Origin: Longimicrobiales bacterium
GTDB taxonomy: Bacteria > Gemmatimonadota > Gemmatimonadetes > Longimicrobiales > Gaopeijiaceae
Length of the DNA stretch: 64,000 bases
Reading direction: 5' to 3'
Assembly (NCBI GenBank): GCA_965219445.1
Contig: CBDCNQ010000004.1
Location: 1,088,001 to 1,152,000 of the forward strand
Positions 18,557 to 28,542 of the stretch are shown here, one piece after another (within the stretch, counting starts at the first letter, position 1; each line of letters opens with the position of its first letter). The position numbers and the translations under genes were made by a program. The notes beneath the pieces are model-generated. The model searched no databases. It was given only the letters and a program-made list of their open reading frames with translations, and was not told the origin of the DNA.

Positions 18557-19375
18557 TCACGCGCCTGACCTCGGCGGGAGGGCCAGCAGGTCCACGTGTC
18601 CGACCTCGAGCCCGATCCCGGCGGCGGTCGTGGTGCGGCGGCGTTCGGCCCAATCCCGGATGAGCAGGGCGTCCTGGGGGCGCTGCTCCGAGGCAGCGGC
18701 CGTCCATACGTCGATCAGCTCGCGAAGCAGCGAAGTGTCGGCGTCGCCCAGGCGCCAAGGGCTCGGCCGGAGCCGGGTGTCGAATCCCGCCGCGCGGAAC
18801 GCGCGCTCCGCCGCCGGGCCCGCCGCCGGGCCGAGCGCCGGCCCCATTCCCTTGTCCCGGAGCTGATGGCTCCGCACCGCGTCCGTGACGAGCGCGTCGT
18901 CGGGGTCGGACTCACCCCAGGTCATCGTGCCGTCCCAGGTGAGCGTAAGCAGGGCCGCGTTCCCGGCCGCCCCGCATGCCGCGACGAGCCGCTCCAGCCA
19001 CTCGTGCGTCACCAGGTCCAGCAGCGCGGAGGCCGTCACGAGGTCGGCTCCGGGGACGAGTCCCAACCCTTCTCGGTCCAGCTCGCCCCGAACGCGCTCC
19101 ACCTGAGCCACCCCGGGGACGGCGACGGCCGCGCCCGTCGCCCGGTCGAGCAGCGCGGCGTCCCTGTCCACCAACGTCCACTCCTGCTCGCCCGGGAGCC
19201 GAGGCGCGAGGTAGCGGAGGTTGGATCCGGTGCCGCTGCCCAGGTCGAGCACCCGCCGGCTCGGACGGGACTCCCACCACTCGGTGAGGAGGGCCACGAG
19301 ATCGGCGGCGCGGGAGCGGTGATCCACCGGCTCGCGCAGTACCAGCCAGCCGGCGGTGAACGTCTTCTCACCCAC
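18557..19375 (-). CDS. Class I SAM-dependent methyltransferase
   Basis: WL.LREPVD, VLDLGSGTGSN, TASALLDLV. Confidence 0.85.
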   Translation of the reverse strand: MGEKTFTAGWLVLREPVDHRSRAADLVALLTEWWESRPSRRVLDLGSGTGSNLRYLAPRLPGEQEWTLVDRDAALLDRATGAAVAVPGVAQVERVRGELDREGLGLVPGADLVTASALLDLVTHEWLERLVAACGAAGNAALLTLTWDGTMTWGESDPDDALVTDAVRSHQLRDKGMGPALGPAAGPAAERAFRAAGFDTRLRPSPWRLGDADTSLLRELIDVWTAAASEQRPQDALLIRDWAERRRTTTAAGIGLEVGHVDLLALPPRSGA

Positions 19376-20441
19376 CCGGCGAGATCTCCAGAACGGCCCG
19401 CTCGAAGGCCAGCGCCGCGTCGCTCCAGGTCGGGAGGGAGTGGCCGTGGCGGAGCGAGCCCTCGGCTAGGCCGGCCCTTCGGGCGGCCCCTTCCGGGCCC
19501 GAAACAAGCGCCTGCAGCGCTGCCGCCAGGGCCCGATCGTCCCCGGGGGGAAGGAGCACCCCCGCCTCGGGGGGCACGGTGTCCGGAACCGCTCCTACGT
19601 GCGTGCTCACGATCGGAAGCCCGCGGGCGAGGGCCTCGGCCAGCGCCATACCGTAGCCCTCGTAGTGCGTAGCCAGCACGAAGATCGAGGCGGAGTGATA
19701 GAGCACGTCGAGTTCCGGGGCGCCGAGCTCGCCGGGGAAGTCGATCCGGTCCTCCAGATTCAGCTCTCGCACCAGCGCCAGCACCGAGTCGGCGAATTCG
19801 GGCGTGTGCGTCAGGCTCCCGGCGCAGAGGCAGCTCCAGGGGAGGGCGGGGATGCGGGCGAGCGCGCGAACCAGCACGTCCTGCCCCTTTCGGGGGCTCA
19901 CCGAGCCCACGCACAGCAGGCGGGGAGGCTCGCCGGGCCCGGGGCCTACCGCGGCCTGCACCGGGTCCGTCCCGGGCGGTACCACGCGGACGCGCGAGGC
20001 CGGGACGCCGTACGCCCCGAGCCGGCGCGCCGTGAAGGCGCTCGTCACGAGCGCCCCGGCGCACTGCGCCAGAGACTCGCTCTCCAACCGGGCGAGACGC
20101 GAGCGCTCGGCGGACTCCAACCCCGTCTCGTCGGCAAGGGGATGGTGAATGAGGGCGATCAGTCGAAGGCGATCTGGGTGCGCCCGGAGAGGATCGGGAA
20201 GGGGGCTCATGGCGAGACCGTCCAGGACCACCCAGGCGCCCTGGGGGATCTCAGCAAGGGTGTGGGCGAGGCTGGACTCCGCGCACGCGTCGCCCTCGGG
20301 GAACGCGCCCTCGAGCCCGTGGGCGATCACCGTCCAGCCCAACGCGGTCAGGCCCTCGGCGATCCGCGCGTCGTAGAGGTAGCCGCCGGTCCGCTGCTCG
20401 AGCGGCCCGGGGACGATCAGATGAAGCTCACGCGCGCTCAA
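19368..20441 (-). CDS. Glycosyltransferase family 4
   Basis: [31 protein letters not shown]. Confidence 0.9.
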   Translation of the reverse strand: MSARELHLIVPGPLEQRTGGYLYDARIAEGLTALGWTVIAHGLEGAFPEGDACAESSLAHTLAEIPQGAWVVLDGLAMSPLPDPLRAHPDRLRLIALIHHPLADETGLESAERSRLARLESESLAQCAGALVTSAFTARRLGAYGVPASRVRVVPPGTDPVQAAVGPGPGEPPRLLCVGSVSPRKGQDVLVRALARIPALPWSCLCAGSLTHTPEFADSVLALVRELNLEDRIDFPGELGAPELDVLYHSASIFVLATHYEGYGMALAEALARGLPIVSTHVGAVPDTVPPEAGVLLPPGDDRALAAALQALVSGPEGAARRAGLAEGSLRHGHSLPTWSDAALAFERAVLEISPGG

Positions 20442-20836
20442 ACCGACCCTTCGTAGGACGCCCAGGCCACGTGCGACTCGTGAAGCGTCACGCTCAGCCG
20501 CTGGAGACCCTGCGCTCCGTCTCCGAGGTGGCCCCCTCGGATCGCTTCTACGAGCCGATCGAAGATGGTGCGCGCCAGGAACTCGGTCGTCGTGTTCTGC
20601 CCCGTGAACGCCACCTCGTCGTCCAGGTTCCGGTAGTCGAGCTCCGCGAGGACCGCCTTCAGGCTCGCGCTGGCGAGCCCGATGTCGACGACCAAGCCGT
20701 CAGCGTCGAGCTCGTCGCGCCTGAAGGTGGCGTCGACCACGTAGGTGGCTCCGTGGAGCCGCTGGGCCGGTCCGAAGACCTCGCCCCGGAAGCTGTGGGC
20801 GATCATGAAGTGATCGCGAACGTTCAAGCTATACAA
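20438..20836 (-). CDS. 6-pyruvoyl-tetrahydropterin synthase/QueD-fold protein, PTPS-IV-like
   Basis: [48 protein letters not shown] start after GGAGA. Confidence 0.88.
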   Translation of the reverse strand: MYSLNVRDHFMIAHSFRGEVFGPAQRLHGATYVVDATFRRDELDADGLVVDIGLASASLKAVLAELDYRNLDDEVAFTGQNTTTEFLARTIFDRLVEAIRGGHLGDGAQGLQRLSVTLHESHVAWASYEGSV

Positions 20837-20867
20837 CGATTTGGTCTCCAGGCGGCTCCGGGCCGCA

Positions 20868-20901
20868 GTCAGGGTTGAGCGTACCGTCAGGGTTGAGCGT
20901 A
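20868..20901. repeat. Duplication of dehydrogenase 3' end including stop codon (18-bp period)
   Basis: GTCAGGGTTGAGCGTA at 20868 and 20886. Confidence 0.8.
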
Positions 20902-21879
20902 GCGGATGCGGTGACACAGGACCCCCCGCCCGTCCTCGGCGAGGCGGCCCATCACCTCCGGGAGCGTCTCGAAGTCGCTCTCTCCCGAGATGAGGAGGTC
21001 GAGCCGCTCGTCGCAGAGGAGGTCGAGCGCGACCCCGAGCCGGCGAGAGTGATCCCAGCGCGGAGCCCGCTCCGCGGGGATGCCGCCCACCTGGCTGCTC
21101 CGGAGGGTGAGCCGGCGGGAGTGGAACGCCTCTCCCAGAGGGAGCGGAACGGACCGGGTGCCGTACCAGCTCAGCTCGACCACCGTGGCCTCGACACCTG
21201 CCACCGACAGGGCGGCTTCGAGGCCCTGCGGGCTTCCGCTCGCGTGGAAGACGAAATCGGCGTCGGCCCCGGCCGGGGCCCGATCGGAGAATTCCAGCCC
21301 CAGACCCCGGGCCACGCTCTCTCGTGAGGGGTCGACGTCCACCAGGCTCACTCGAGCCGCGGGAATCTGACGGCACAACCACGCGACGAGGAGCCCCACG
21401 ACCCCACCCCCGATTACGACGATCCTGTCGCCAGCCGAGGGTCGCGCGTCCCACACCGCGTTGAGGGCGGTCTCCATGTTCGCGCCGAGGACGGCGCGCT
21501 CGGGAGGCAGGCCGTCCGGCAGCACGCGCACGACCCTCGCCGGCACCAGATAGAGGTCCTGGTGAGGGTGGAGGCAGAAGACGTGCCGCCCGAGGAGCGA
21601 GGGTTCAGGCCGTTCCGGCGCCTCGAGGACTTCGCCCACGTTGCTGTACCCATATTTCACGGGCCCGGGAAAGTCGCCCTCTTGGAACGGCGCCCGCATC
21701 ACCTGGTGCTGGGACGGCGGCACCTCGCCCCGAAAGACTAGCGACTCCGTACCTCGGCTGATGCCGGAGTAAAGAGCACGCACGAGCACTTGGTCCGGCT
21801 CGCGGCTACCGAGCGGCGACGTGACGATTTCTCCGCGGCCCGGAGCATGGATCCAGAATTGGCGAGTGGTTCTCGGCAC
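20887..21879 (-). CDS. Zinc-binding alcohol dehydrogenase (MDR) family protein
   Basis: [20 protein letters not shown] Rossmann motif, SWYG. Confidence 0.88.
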   Translation of the reverse strand: MPRTTRQFWIHAPGRGEIVTSPLGSREPDQVLVRALYSGISRGTESLVFRGEVPPSQHQVMRAPFQEGDFPGPVKYGYSNVGEVLEAPERPEPSLLGRHVFCLHPHQDLYLVPARVVRVLPDGLPPERAVLGANMETALNAVWDARPSAGDRIVVIGGGVVGLLVAWLCRQIPAARVSLVDVDPSRESVARGLGLEFSDRAPAGADADFVFHASGSPQGLEAALSVAGVEATVVELSWYGTRSVPLPLGEAFHSRRLTLRSSQVGGIPAERAPRWDHSRRLGVALDLLCDERLDLLISGESDFETLPEVMGRLAEDGRGVLCHRIRYAQP

Positions 21880-21915
21880 GAGCGTTCTCGTTCCTCCGAA
21901 GTTAATGTCGTTCCC

Positions 21916-22680
21916 ATGAGTCGGACTACTTGGACGCAATCTCCGCCTCCCACTTCAAGGGAGGGCCCCTCGTGGCCGGTGGGCGATGTGGCGCTGGGGC
22001 TCCTACCCCTCTTGGGTGTGTCCCTCGCAACTTGCCGGATGCTCGCCCTTCCGACCAGCCACGCGTTTCTCGTCGTCGCGCCGTACGCCGCACTGGGCGC
22101 GCTGCTGCTCGCTAAGCTGCCACCCTCACACCCCGGGCCCGGCTTGGGGCCCGCCAACCGGCTGACGCTGGCCCGCGCCACTCTCGTGCTGCCTCTTGCG
22201 ACGCTGGCTCTCTTGCCCGGCAAGTTCACGGGAGCGGGCTACTGGTGGATCGTGGGGCTGTCCACAATAGCGCTGGTGCTGGACGGGCTCGACGGACACC
22301 TCGCGCGGCGAACCGGCACGGAGAGCGCCTTCGGAGCCCGCTTCGACCTGGAGCTCGACGCATTCCTGCTCCTGACGCTGTCCGCGTTGGTTTGGCGGAG
22401 CGGGAGCGTGGAGTCCTGGGTCCTGCTCGTCGGTGGGCTGCGATACCTCTTCGTACTCGGAGGGCTGTTGTGGCCAACGCTCCGGGGGGCGCTGCCGCCG
22501 AGCCTGCGGCGGAAGGTGATTTGCGTGGTGCAGGGGATCGTGCTCGTCGTCTGCCTGGCCCCCGTGACCCGGCCTGCGCCGGCCACCGCGCTCGCAGCCT
22601 CGGCCCTGCTCCTCCTCGTCTATTCGTTCGTCGTCGACACCTTGTGGCTGGCGCGGAGCCACGAGGGCAAGATCCAGTGA
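21916..22680 (+). CDS. CDP-alcohol phosphatidyltransferase family protein
   Basis: AN.LT..R and DGLDGHLARRTGTESAFGARFDLELD signature. Confidence 0.93.
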   Translation: MSRTTWTQSPPPTSREGPSWPVGDVALGLLPLLGVSLATCRMLALPTSHAFLVVAPYAALGALLLAKLPPSHPGPGLGPANRLTLARATLVLPLATLALLPGKFTGAGYWWIVGLSTIALVLDGLDGHLARRTGTESAFGARFDLELDAFLLLTLSALVWRSGSVESWVLLVGGLRYLFVLGGLLWPTLRGALPPSLRRKVICVVQGIVLVVCLAPVTRPAPATALAASALLLLVYSFVVDTLWLARSHEGKIQ

Positions 22681-22710
22681 CCGGCATAGATGGCATCAGA
22701 CATGGCGGAC

Positions 22711-24435
22711 TTATTCGCCATCCAACACCTGGAGCGCGATGAGCGAGGCTCCGTGGTTACTTCCGATCCAGAACGTCACCGGCGTCGTTGAATCGTCCAC
22801 GAACACACGGCGAATGTTGACGCCCTTTTCGGGTAGGAGATACTCGACAAACTCCCCCGTCCCGGGAATGAGCCGCACCACCCGATCGGTGAACATAGAC
22901 CCAGTCCAAACGTCGCCGTTCCTGTCGACGTGCGTATCGTACGGCTTGGTGCGAGGCGTTGGCGGGATCCACTCCTGGAACTGCTCGGTCCGAGGGTCGA
23001 ACATCCCAATCACGTTGCCACCGAATCCAGCGTACCAGACGCGGTCTTGCGAGTCGACCTCGCCCCTGCGCGGGCGCGACCCGAGCGTCGGCGTCTCATA
23101 GAGGTTGATTTCCCCGGTCTTGGCATCGATCCGACCGATGTGCTCGTTCGAGAAATCCATGAACCACAAGTTGTTCCGCGAGTCCGGTTGAATACCGTAT
23201 AGGTTGTGCGAGCTACGTGTCGACTTGAAGAACGGCTCGAAGGACTCGAATTCACCGGTCGCCAGGTCCAGACGGTGAACCCCGGCGATCGACCGGTTTT
23301 GGAGCCAGACCTTCCCGTCTACGTGGGAGCTCTCCGGAGCCGCGTGGTTGATCTGGAAGATGCGGGTGCCGTACGGCCCCTTTGGCTGCTCCAACTCATC
23401 GGGAACCTTCCACACCTGGAACTCCTCGCTTCGCCGATCAAATTTGAAAATGGAACCCTGAAACATGTTGCCCCCCCAGGGATTGCCATCTCGGTCCAAC
23501 TTCACGGCCAGGGTGCCGGTCGGATTGCCAGGTCTCGCCTCGGGAACTTGGTATTCCGTGACCTCGCCCGTCCGTGGGTCGAGCTTGCCCAAGTACTGTT
23601 GCCCGAAGTCGACGTACCACACCATGCCGTCCGGATCGACTTCCGCGTCGTGCGGCGCTGTCGATGGGTTCGGAAGATCGTACTCCGTAATGATCACCTG
23701 TGTGGCTCGGCCTGTAGGACGGGGGAAGGTCTTGAGGTCGTACTCCCGTTTACCTGAGCTCAAATTGATGCTGGCCAGGTAGTCGGCCTGCCGCCGCCGA
23801 GCCTCCTGCTGCCGCTCGCTCCGCTCGGCGAACGGTGTCACCTGGTCGGTGGGGCGCCTCTGCGGGTTGCCCGGGAAAGCCGACGTCACATAGCCATCCA
23901 TTCGTTCCAAGACGTGCAGCCAGGCGTCCGCATCGTACTGCGACCGCATGACTCGATCGAGCGTATGGCAGCGCACACAGGATTCGAACATGCGCTTCTG
24001 ATCTTCAGTCCCGGGAATGCTCTCGAGCCATTCCGCGTTCGTGAGCTGAGCCTCGAGGTCCTGGGTCGGGCGGAGCGCGAGATCGACTGTGGCCATCCCC
24101 GACGCCCCAATTTCCGTCGCTTTCGGACCCTCCAGATCATAGCCCACGGCGCGGATGCTGAGTGTATGCCGCCCCGCTTCCAGTCTGCCCACAGGAAAGC
24201 GATACCGTCCCTGAGCATCGCTGATCACGCTGACCGCGATCGTGGAACCCTCCCGCTTTGCAGTGACGACCACCCCCTCCATGGAGCCTTCCGCCGCGGA
24301 CGTGACCTGGCCGGTCACCGCGACCTCAGCTTGCGCGGGAGGCGCCAGCTCTGTTTGAGGAGCGAGAGTGACCAGCGCACCGGTGAGGACCGCCAGGGTC
24401 CCAATGACTCCGAACAGCATGCGCCTTCTCAGCAT
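22711..24435 (-). CDS. Secreted protein: carboxypeptidase-regulatory-like domain, c-type heme motif, Vgb-lyase-like beta-propeller
   Basis: Signal peptide, EGVVVTAK...SDAQGRY, CVRCH, repeated D.DG.VW blades; AAGGAGG RBS. Confidence 0.8.
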   Translation of the reverse strand: MLRRRMLFGVIGTLAVLTGALVTLAPQTELAPPAQAEVAVTGQVTSAAEGSMEGVVVTAKREGSTIAVSVISDAQGRYRFPVGRLEAGRHTLSIRAVGYDLEGPKATEIGASGMATVDLALRPTQDLEAQLTNAEWLESIPGTEDQKRMFESCVRCHTLDRVMRSQYDADAWLHVLERMDGYVTSAFPGNPQRRPTDQVTPFAERSERQQEARRRQADYLASINLSSGKREYDLKTFPRPTGRATQVIITEYDLPNPSTAPHDAEVDPDGMVWYVDFGQQYLGKLDPRTGEVTEYQVPEARPGNPTGTLAVKLDRDGNPWGGNMFQGSIFKFDRRSEEFQVWKVPDELEQPKGPYGTRIFQINHAAPESSHVDGKVWLQNRSIAGVHRLDLATGEFESFEPFFKSTRSSHNLYGIQPDSRNNLWFMDFSNEHIGRIDAKTGEINLYETPTLGSRPRRGEVDSQDRVWYAGFGGNVIGMFDPRTEQFQEWIPPTPRTKPYDTHVDRNGDVWTGSMFTDRVVRLIPGTGEFVEYLLPEKGVNIRRVFVDDSTTPVTFWIGSNHGASLIALQVLDGE

Positions 24436-24657
24436 TGAAGCACCTCCTTGCGCCATATTGTGCGTTACCGGAACCGCGCCCGAGGTGAAGCCACGGAGAA
24501 GATGGGCCGCACCGCAATGCCGAGCAAGCAAGTGGATTTTTTTCTACTCAGTCCACGAGTAGCATTGTATCTTGTCTATGAACCACCCCACCCGGCCATT
24601 CTGCCCAACCAGTTGGCGTCCGAGTTAGGGGAATACCCTGTGCTTCGGAGGCTGGAA

Positions 24658-24882
24658 ATGAAGAAGGGATCTTTTTTCGTAACGGATGGCATTCCCGGTA
24701 TTGCCGCAAAAGGCGAAATCATCAAGATGGACGATAACGGCATACTCGTAGGCCGCTGGCTGCCGATGTCGAAGTATCCCCAGCTCATGAACAATCGTCA
24801 TCGTCTTCGCGCCCTCGCCCCGGGTTCATATTCCCCGGAAACCCGTCCACCACGTCGTCCTAGGGGTTCGTCGGCACTATAG
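24658..24882 (+). CDS. Small hypothetical protein (74 aa)
   Basis: GGAGG RBS before ATG; fills the gap between genes. Confidence 0.5.
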   Translation: MKKGSFFVTDGIPGIAAKGEIIKMDDNGILVGRWLPMSKYPQLMNNRHRLRALAPGSYSPETRPPRRPRGSSAL

Positions 24883-24960
24883 TCGGGACCATCTAGCGAG
24901 AACACTTCTGACGCTCGGCTCGAGCTTGGCGATCCCGGATGAGGAGACCTTGATCCTCAG

Positions 24961-25287
24961 ATGAGCAAGCGCCGAAAGCGACGGCGAAAGGGCGCCCCCA
25001 GCCCAACCCCTGCCCCAACCGGGATCGCCCAGCTCCTGAGCGAGATGGCCGTCGCCACGCTCGACCTACATGGTTACACGGCGGCCCAGGCTCGACCACG
25101 CCTGCGGGACTTCCTCACCACCCACTCTCGCATCTCAGCTGGAGGCGTGGTCCACGTCATCACCGGCAAGAGTACCGCCGTGCTCTTGGAACTCGTGCGA
25201 GACATGCTCGACAACGAGGCGGCTAGCCATGTCGACGAGTATGCGGGGATGTTGGGCGGAGGTGGGTGGGTGGTACGTGTGAAGTAA
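24961..25287 (+). CDS. Stand-alone Smr domain protein
   Basis: TLDLHG, VHVITGK, GGGGWVVRV. Confidence 0.8.
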   Translation: MSKRRKRRRKGAPSPTPAPTGIAQLLSEMAVATLDLHGYTAAQARPRLRDFLTTHSRISAGGVVHVITGKSTAVLLELVRDMLDNEAASHVDEYAGMLGGGGWVVRVK

Positions 25288-25520
25288 GCGGGGGTGCTTC
25301 GATCGCATCTCAGGCCAGAAGTGTGTCTCGGGAGCATCAACACACCGTAAACTGTTGCAAAGAGCCCACATAATGGCTTGTAAACGTGCCGGATCCCCGC
25401 GGCATGAGCTTTGCCTCGCAATCAGTTCGATTGTGCCCCGACGAAGAGTGGACAGACGTAGCCTCGTACTTTGGACCGGTCTTCTCGAAGTGGTGCAACG
25501 GAAGACAGTCAGGAGGCTAT

Positions 25521-26540
25521 TTGTTCGCGGTGGAAAATTTTGGTGGGCTGCGCCAGGCTCGTGCGACAGCCCTTTGCGGAGTGTTCCTGTGCGGATTCTC
25601 GTGCGGATCCTTGATAGCGCTATTGGTCGGTTGGGGGCACGGCTACAGGTGGGTCCCGGGAATGCAATCCTATCGGAGCGCCAATAACCTCGATCCCGCC
25701 GCACTTGCGGAGATGGAGTGGGAGATACGGCGCGCGAGGCTCCCCATGGAGGTGAATAAGGCTGTAGAGTCCTGGATGCTTCACCTCACAACCGACCGCA
25801 AATCAACCTTCAAGTACGCTCTCTCCCGGGCCGGCCTATACTCGAACATGATCCGGACCAAGCTCCGCGAGCGCGGAATGCCGGAAGACCTGTTGTATCT
25901 CGCCCTGATCGAGTCCGACTTCTACACCGATGCGCGGTCGCGTGTATTGGCAACCGGCATGTGGCAGTTCATGGAACCGACGGCGAGGCGATACGGACTG
26001 CGAATCGACGCTTTCGTGGACGAGCGGTACGATCCGGTGAGGTCGACGGATGCTGCTGTCGACCACCTGAGTGACCTCTACCAAGAATATGGCTCCTGGT
26101 ATCTTGCTGCCGCGGCTTATAATGCCGGCTCAATACGCGTGTCTGATGCCCTTCAGCGGTACACGGACGGACACGTTGGAGATGACGGTCTCTACTGGGC
26201 GATCGTGGATCACCTACCGTCGGAGACGGCGAACTATGTGCCGAAGCTGCTCGCTGCCACGCACCTCGCACGATCAGCGGCGGCCTACGACCTCGACGTG
26301 ACGCTCCTGGATGCCTACGAATACGACTTCGTCTGGTCTCCGGGGGGTGTGGATCTCGGTGAGGTGGCGCACTCCCTCGGCGTTGCGGCCGAGCAGATGT
26401 ACGACTTGAACCCTCAGCTCATCCGCCAGGCGACGCCGCCGGATGAGATCTATCCGTTGAGGGTTCCCGTAGGGATGGCCAGTCAGGTCGTGGCCGCACT
26501 CGCCTGGCCGAATCACGGGACCCGCCTGGCGGACGACTGA
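25521..26540 (+). CDS. Lytic transglycosylase (MltD-like SLT domain, LysM-like tail)
   Basis: LALIESDF, ATGMWQFM, AAAYNAG, ETANYVPK, LNP.L; TTG after AGGAGG. Confidence 0.9.
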   Translation: MFAVENFGGLRQARATALCGVFLCGFSCGSLIALLVGWGHGYRWVPGMQSYRSANNLDPAALAEMEWEIRRARLPMEVNKAVESWMLHLTTDRKSTFKYALSRAGLYSNMIRTKLRERGMPEDLLYLALIESDFYTDARSRVLATGMWQFMEPTARRYGLRIDAFVDERYDPVRSTDAAVDHLSDLYQEYGSWYLAAAAYNAGSIRVSDALQRYTDGHVGDDGLYWAIVDHLPSETANYVPKLLAATHLARSAAAYDLDVTLLDAYEYDFVWSPGGVDLGEVAHSLGVAAEQMYDLNPQLIRQATPPDEIYPLRVPVGMASQVVAALAWPNHGTRLADD

Positions 26541-26694
26541 TCGGCGAAGAACTGTAAGTCGGCCACTTTCATACTCGCGTGAAGCCTCATGTTGACCGCT
26601 TCGGTCCTGCCCCTCACGTTATCTTCACCGGTCAGAGGGCTATTTGATAGGAGTGCCCGTCAGTGTCGTGGATCACGCCTGAATGGAGGTCGAG

Positions 26695-27807
26695 ATGAGC
26701 AATCGTGTGGCGGTGGTTGGTCGAGGCCATGAAGTGATGTCGCCTTACTCCGCTCTACTTCTAGCCGTTCTCTGTCTGACCACAGCGCCCGGCGTCGTCT
26801 CGACCGCGGCAGCGCAGAACAGACCCTCCGACGCCGGAGAGTGGGAAGTTCCCAGGACACCCCACGGCCATCCGGATCTTCAGGGGAACTGGACGAACGT
26901 GACGCTCACTCCGTTCGAGCGGGAAGAGGGTAGGGGTCCGGTGTTCACCAGGGAGGAGGTCGAGGAGATCGAGCGGCCATCAGGGGAGTGCCCCGCTAAC
27001 CCAGGGACGGTCGAGTGCGGAAGGGAAGACAACCAAGGGGATGCGTCTCTGAGTAATGAGCGTCGACTGAGTGGCGCGGAGTACAGCGAGGTCTATTGGG
27101 ATCGGGGCTCGCGGGTAGCGATCGTCGATGGCGAATACGTAACCTCCCTGGTCACCCATCCGGCGAATGGGCGCCGTCCGGCCCTCACGCCGGAGGCCGA
27201 GCGGCGGGTCCAGGAATACGAGGACTTCAGGGACCAATTCGGCCCATACGACCATCCGGAGCTGAGACCGCTCGCCGAGCGCTGTATCGTGTCGTTCGGT
27301 TCCAGCGCCGGACCCCCGATGATCCCCAACACGGCCTACAACAACAACTACACCATCGTACAGACCGCCGATTACGTGATGATCAAGGCGGAGATGGTTC
27401 ACGACGTGCGGATCATCCGACTCGGTGAGCCCGACCGGTTGCCGGCAGACGTACATCCCTGGTTCGGCGACTCCTGGGGCCACTGGGATGGAGACGTACT
27501 CGTGGTCGAGACCACGAACATAAACCCGACCCACAGATTCCGGGGAATCGCTCCCACGGCGGACCTGAAAGTGACCGAACGCTTCACGCGGGTCGATGAA
27601 GAGACGTTCCTCTACGAGTTCACCATCGACGACCCGACGACGTACACCCAACCCTGGGGAGGAGTGATCCCGTACAAGAGGCTCAACGACAAGCTCTACG
27701 AGTACGCTTGCCACGAGGGCAACTACTCTTTGTCGAGCGTACTGAGCGGAGCGCGCTATGAGGAGAGGATGGAAGCCCAGGGGTCGGGTGGGTCCAGGCC
27801 GAAGTGA
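26695..27807 (+). CDS. Conserved secreted hypothetical protein
   Basis: Signal peptide; GHPDLQGNW, GDSWGHWDGDVLVVETTN, YEYACHEGN. Confidence 0.7.
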   Translation: MSNRVAVVGRGHEVMSPYSALLLAVLCLTTAPGVVSTAAAQNRPSDAGEWEVPRTPHGHPDLQGNWTNVTLTPFEREEGRGPVFTREEVEEIERPSGECPANPGTVECGREDNQGDASLSNERRLSGAEYSEVYWDRGSRVAIVDGEYVTSLVTHPANGRRPALTPEAERRVQEYEDFRDQFGPYDHPELRPLAERCIVSFGSSAGPPMIPNTAYNNNYTIVQTADYVMIKAEMVHDVRIIRLGEPDRLPADVHPWFGDSWGHWDGDVLVVETTNINPTHRFRGIAPTADLKVTERFTRVDEETFLYEFTIDDPTTYTQPWGGVIPYKRLNDKLYEYACHEGNYSLSSVLSGARYEERMEAQGSGGSRPK

Positions 27808-27888
27808 GCCCTCGCATATATGGCGTTCAGACCGTTTAGGATAGCTTCTCAACGACAGTCTCACCGCAGAAACCAGAAGGAGAAAATC

Positions 27889-28542
27889 ATGAAGCGCGGA
27901 TCCATCTTCGTGGGGCTTGTGCTCCTCGCAACGGCGGGTTGCGGACCCGCAGAGGAAGAGCCCGCAGCTCAAGAGCCGGCCTCGCAGCCCGCCCCCACCC
28001 GAGTGGCATCCCAGCCTCAATGGACGGTGCTCTTCGACGGGTGGAGCGCCTATCGAGAGGAGATCCTGAATGGCTGGAACATTGTCGGTGAGGCTAACTG
28101 GACCCTGGACGCGAACGACGGATCCGTGATGGCCGATATGGGAGGGGGGTTCCTGGTGACGGAGTCCCCCTACGCCGATTTCGAACTGACGCTCGAGTTC
28201 TGGGTGGATGAGCCGGCTAACTCCGGCGTCTTCATCCGATGCCAGGATCCGACGTCGATTACCGCAGCGAACTGCTACGAGGTGAACATCTTCGATACCC
28301 GTGCGGACCAGACCTACCGCACGGGCGCGATCGTCGGCGTGTCACCTCCCTCGGAAATCATCAACGCCGGCGGACAGTGGAACACATTCGTGATACAAGC
28401 GGATGGACCGCGTCTTACGGTTACGCTCAACGACATCGAGACCGTCGACGCCGAGGATTCGAATCTTTCGACGGGTGTGATCGCCCTGCAGTATGGAGGC
28501 GGCGTGGTCAAGTTCCGGAACGTTCGGATTCGATCACTCTAG
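27889..28542 (+). CDS. DUF1080 (3-keto-disaccharide hydrolase-like) lipoprotein
   Basis: Lipobox TAGC; LFDG, NSGVFIR, GQWN, G.IALQ, VKFRNVRIR. Confidence 0.85.
   Translation: MKRGSIFVGLVLLATAGCGPAEEEPAAQEPASQPAPTRVASQPQWTVLFDGWSAYREEILNGWNIVGEANWTLDANDGSVMADMGGGFLVTESPYADFELTLEFWVDEPANSGVFIRCQDPTSITAANCYEVNIFDTRADQTYRTGAIVGVSPPSEIINAGGQWNTFVIQADGPRLTVTLNDIETVDAEDSNLSTGVIALQYGGGVVKFRNVRIRSL

Noticed and set aside
12407..20836. Canonical riboflavin, queuosine or mycofactocin operon
   Set aside because: No ribH/ribE or deaminase, no queC/queE or QueD cysteine motif, no radical SAM or precursor peptide genes
25290..25520. Riboswitch upstream of the lytic transglycosylase
   Set aside because: No recognisable ydaO or c-di-GMP consensus by eye; an Rfam scan would be needed
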